DNA of 64,000 nt from Amoebidium appalachense (lineage: Eukaryota > Protista > Ichthyosporea). This document shows, one piece after another, positions 56,894 through 64,000 of the stretch (positions are counted from its first letter, which is position 1; each line of letters opens with the position of its first letter). The translations under genes and the position numbers were made by a program. The stretch lies in contig CAVNZM010000001.1 in NCBI GenBank assembly GCA_963693365.1, forward strand, positions 19,352,125 to 19,416,124, in the 5' to 3' direction. The notes beneath the pieces are model-generated. The model did no database searches and was not told where the DNA came from. It saw only the letters and a list, made by a program, of their open reading frames with translations.

Positions 56894-57705
56894 GAGTGTG
56901 TGCATGTGTTGAGTGTGAGTATTAGTGTTGAGCGTGTGGAAAGTGTCTGTGTGTGTCTGTGTGTGTCTGTGTGTGTGTGTGTGTGACTGTGTGCGGGCAA
57001 ATCAGCATGATGGGACGTGAAAGGGCGGGTAGCATTTTTCTGTAAGGCTTTTTGCACAGTTTTAGATGTCCAGATGCGTATCTGCCCATAGAGACAATGT
57101 GCAGAGCGCCACACACACGAAAAGTATTTACCCACTGGCACACCGTCTGCACGTACACAACCACACGCGGCACAGGCGCACATCATCCAGGCAGAGCAGG
57201 CAGCCCCCTCTCAGAGCTCCCCCCGGCTCCCAGCTATTCTCTAACCAGTTACTAAATACTCAAGAAATACATGCACACTGGGCTACCCGCATCCACCACC
57301 CCACCCTGATTGGTGATGCAGGCCCGCGCGGAGTATTCAAGAATATATACGTGTCTGTCACTACGGTTGTACACAACAGCGGCTGATTCAGATGTCCAAA
57401 AACAATAGTCTGCGTCAAAATGTGCTGAAAGGAATATAGTAAAAAGAAACCCTTACCAATACAAGCAGAACAGGATCGTCAAAGGTTGGCTCTGCATTTG
57501 ACTGGCAGAAGCGCGCGGTAAAGGAAGCAATTGGCTGCCCACCCTCCCCATCCTTTACCGACCCCACGGTAATAAAGGCTGTGGCGCCGACATTTTGTGC
57601 GTGTGAAGATGGTGTGGTGACAAGAAACGAAAGTAGAAGAGGCGCCAAAAGAGAACCGATGGACTGCCTTCTCCGACAGCCGCCAGGTCGCCCTACACAC
57701 GGCAT
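53712..57705 (-). CDS. PA-TM-RING-H2 E3 ubiquitin ligase (RNF13/RNF167/GRAIL-like), ~463 aa
   Basis: Phase-0 exons 57705-57457, 56856-56542, 56122-55859, 54938-54750, 54086-53712. Signal peptide, PA motif [30 protein letters not shown] helix, [34 protein letters not shown]. Confidence 0.92.
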
Positions 57706-58514
57706 TCGAACGAGTACTTGTGTGAATATTCGTCGAGGAGCAAAAGCGTGGGGCTAAAACAGGATCCAGAACTATAAATCGTGATTTTGGTATTGTCAAC
57801 AGTCGGTAAGAATGGTGTTTGCTTCGAAGAAAACTTCGTCTCACACCCAGCTCCGAGACAAACCTCTCTCCCCTCCCTCCACCTGCCTCAAAAACTCTGG
57901 ATATCACGTGTTCTTCAGATGATGGGAAGCTTGCACAAAGTCATATATTTGCGTCCGTGACGCTTCTCTTCAGGAAGCTGGGTAAACCACCATAAAACTC
58001 ACATATATAGAATACAAAAAAAAAACCAATAAGTCTCTGGGGTCAGTGAGACTCTCGGGAGGGCGAGAAAAACAACACGCACAAGCAGGGGTGTAAACAA
58101 AAAAAGAAACTGTTTTCATGTGACGACTTGTGTACGAAACATGAGGTAAGAGCTCTGTGTGGCGTTGGGCAGCCAATAGGATAAGCCCATGGAATAAAGA
58201 GTATAGGGGGTAAAAAAGCTTCATCGAACTGATGATGGAATGCATTTGTTCTTTTACAAAAAAAAGACCCTAAATAGAGCTCCAGGTGTGGAGTAATATC
58301 TTTGTATAATAAAATAACAAAGGAGCTAACTATTGCGTTTGAAATGCGTGTTCTAAATGGAGCTCCATTCCTTCCTTATCGGTCACCGAGACTGTTGATG
58401 CGATACCTTATCTCTACGCATGCGCACTGCGCAGCCGTGGGTTGTAGCCGATGAGCACTGGTTTTTGGTTGGTACCTCTCGGAAGGGCTCCAAAGTAGGT
58501 GTACCTATTGTATA

Positions 58515-63933
<5,419 letters not shown>

Positions 63934-64000
63934 CTGAAGTCAAAAATGATCGTTGGTTAGTGCTGGGTCCGCACGCGCCCACCTGTGTACATAGAACGTT

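Overview
Intron-rich eukaryotic DNA saturated with poly-C/poly-G, (CA)n/(TG)n, (CT)n and poly-A tracts in introns and intergenic DNA, so most ORFs in the supplied track are repeat artefacts. The gene content suggests an opisthokont protist, possibly a unicellular holozoan, but this is inference. Manual splicing gives nine protein genes: a Mad/Mnt-like bHLH factor (-, off the left edge), a Pho80/CNPPD1-type cyclin (+, with a 1-nt frameshift), an orphan secreted protein (+), a nine-finger TFIIIA (-) head-to-head with PIG-S (+), a secreted tandem-DM9 protein (-) divergent from a secreted catalytically dead reprolysin-like/DM9 fusion (+), a PA-TM-RING ligase (-) and a coiled-coil gene (-, off the right edge). 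Also present are tRNA-Ile(AAT) inside a PIG-S intron, two non-autonomous hAT-type elements with 8-bp TSDs, and a 3-copy ~385-bp tandem array. The most notable signals are a repeat-coded intron grammar (weak GT donors followed by poly-C, acceptors of form (CA)n-CAG), the paralogous DM9/pseudoprotease pair, and two apparent +1 frameshifts at A-runs. All exon models are hand-built and unverified by RNA data.
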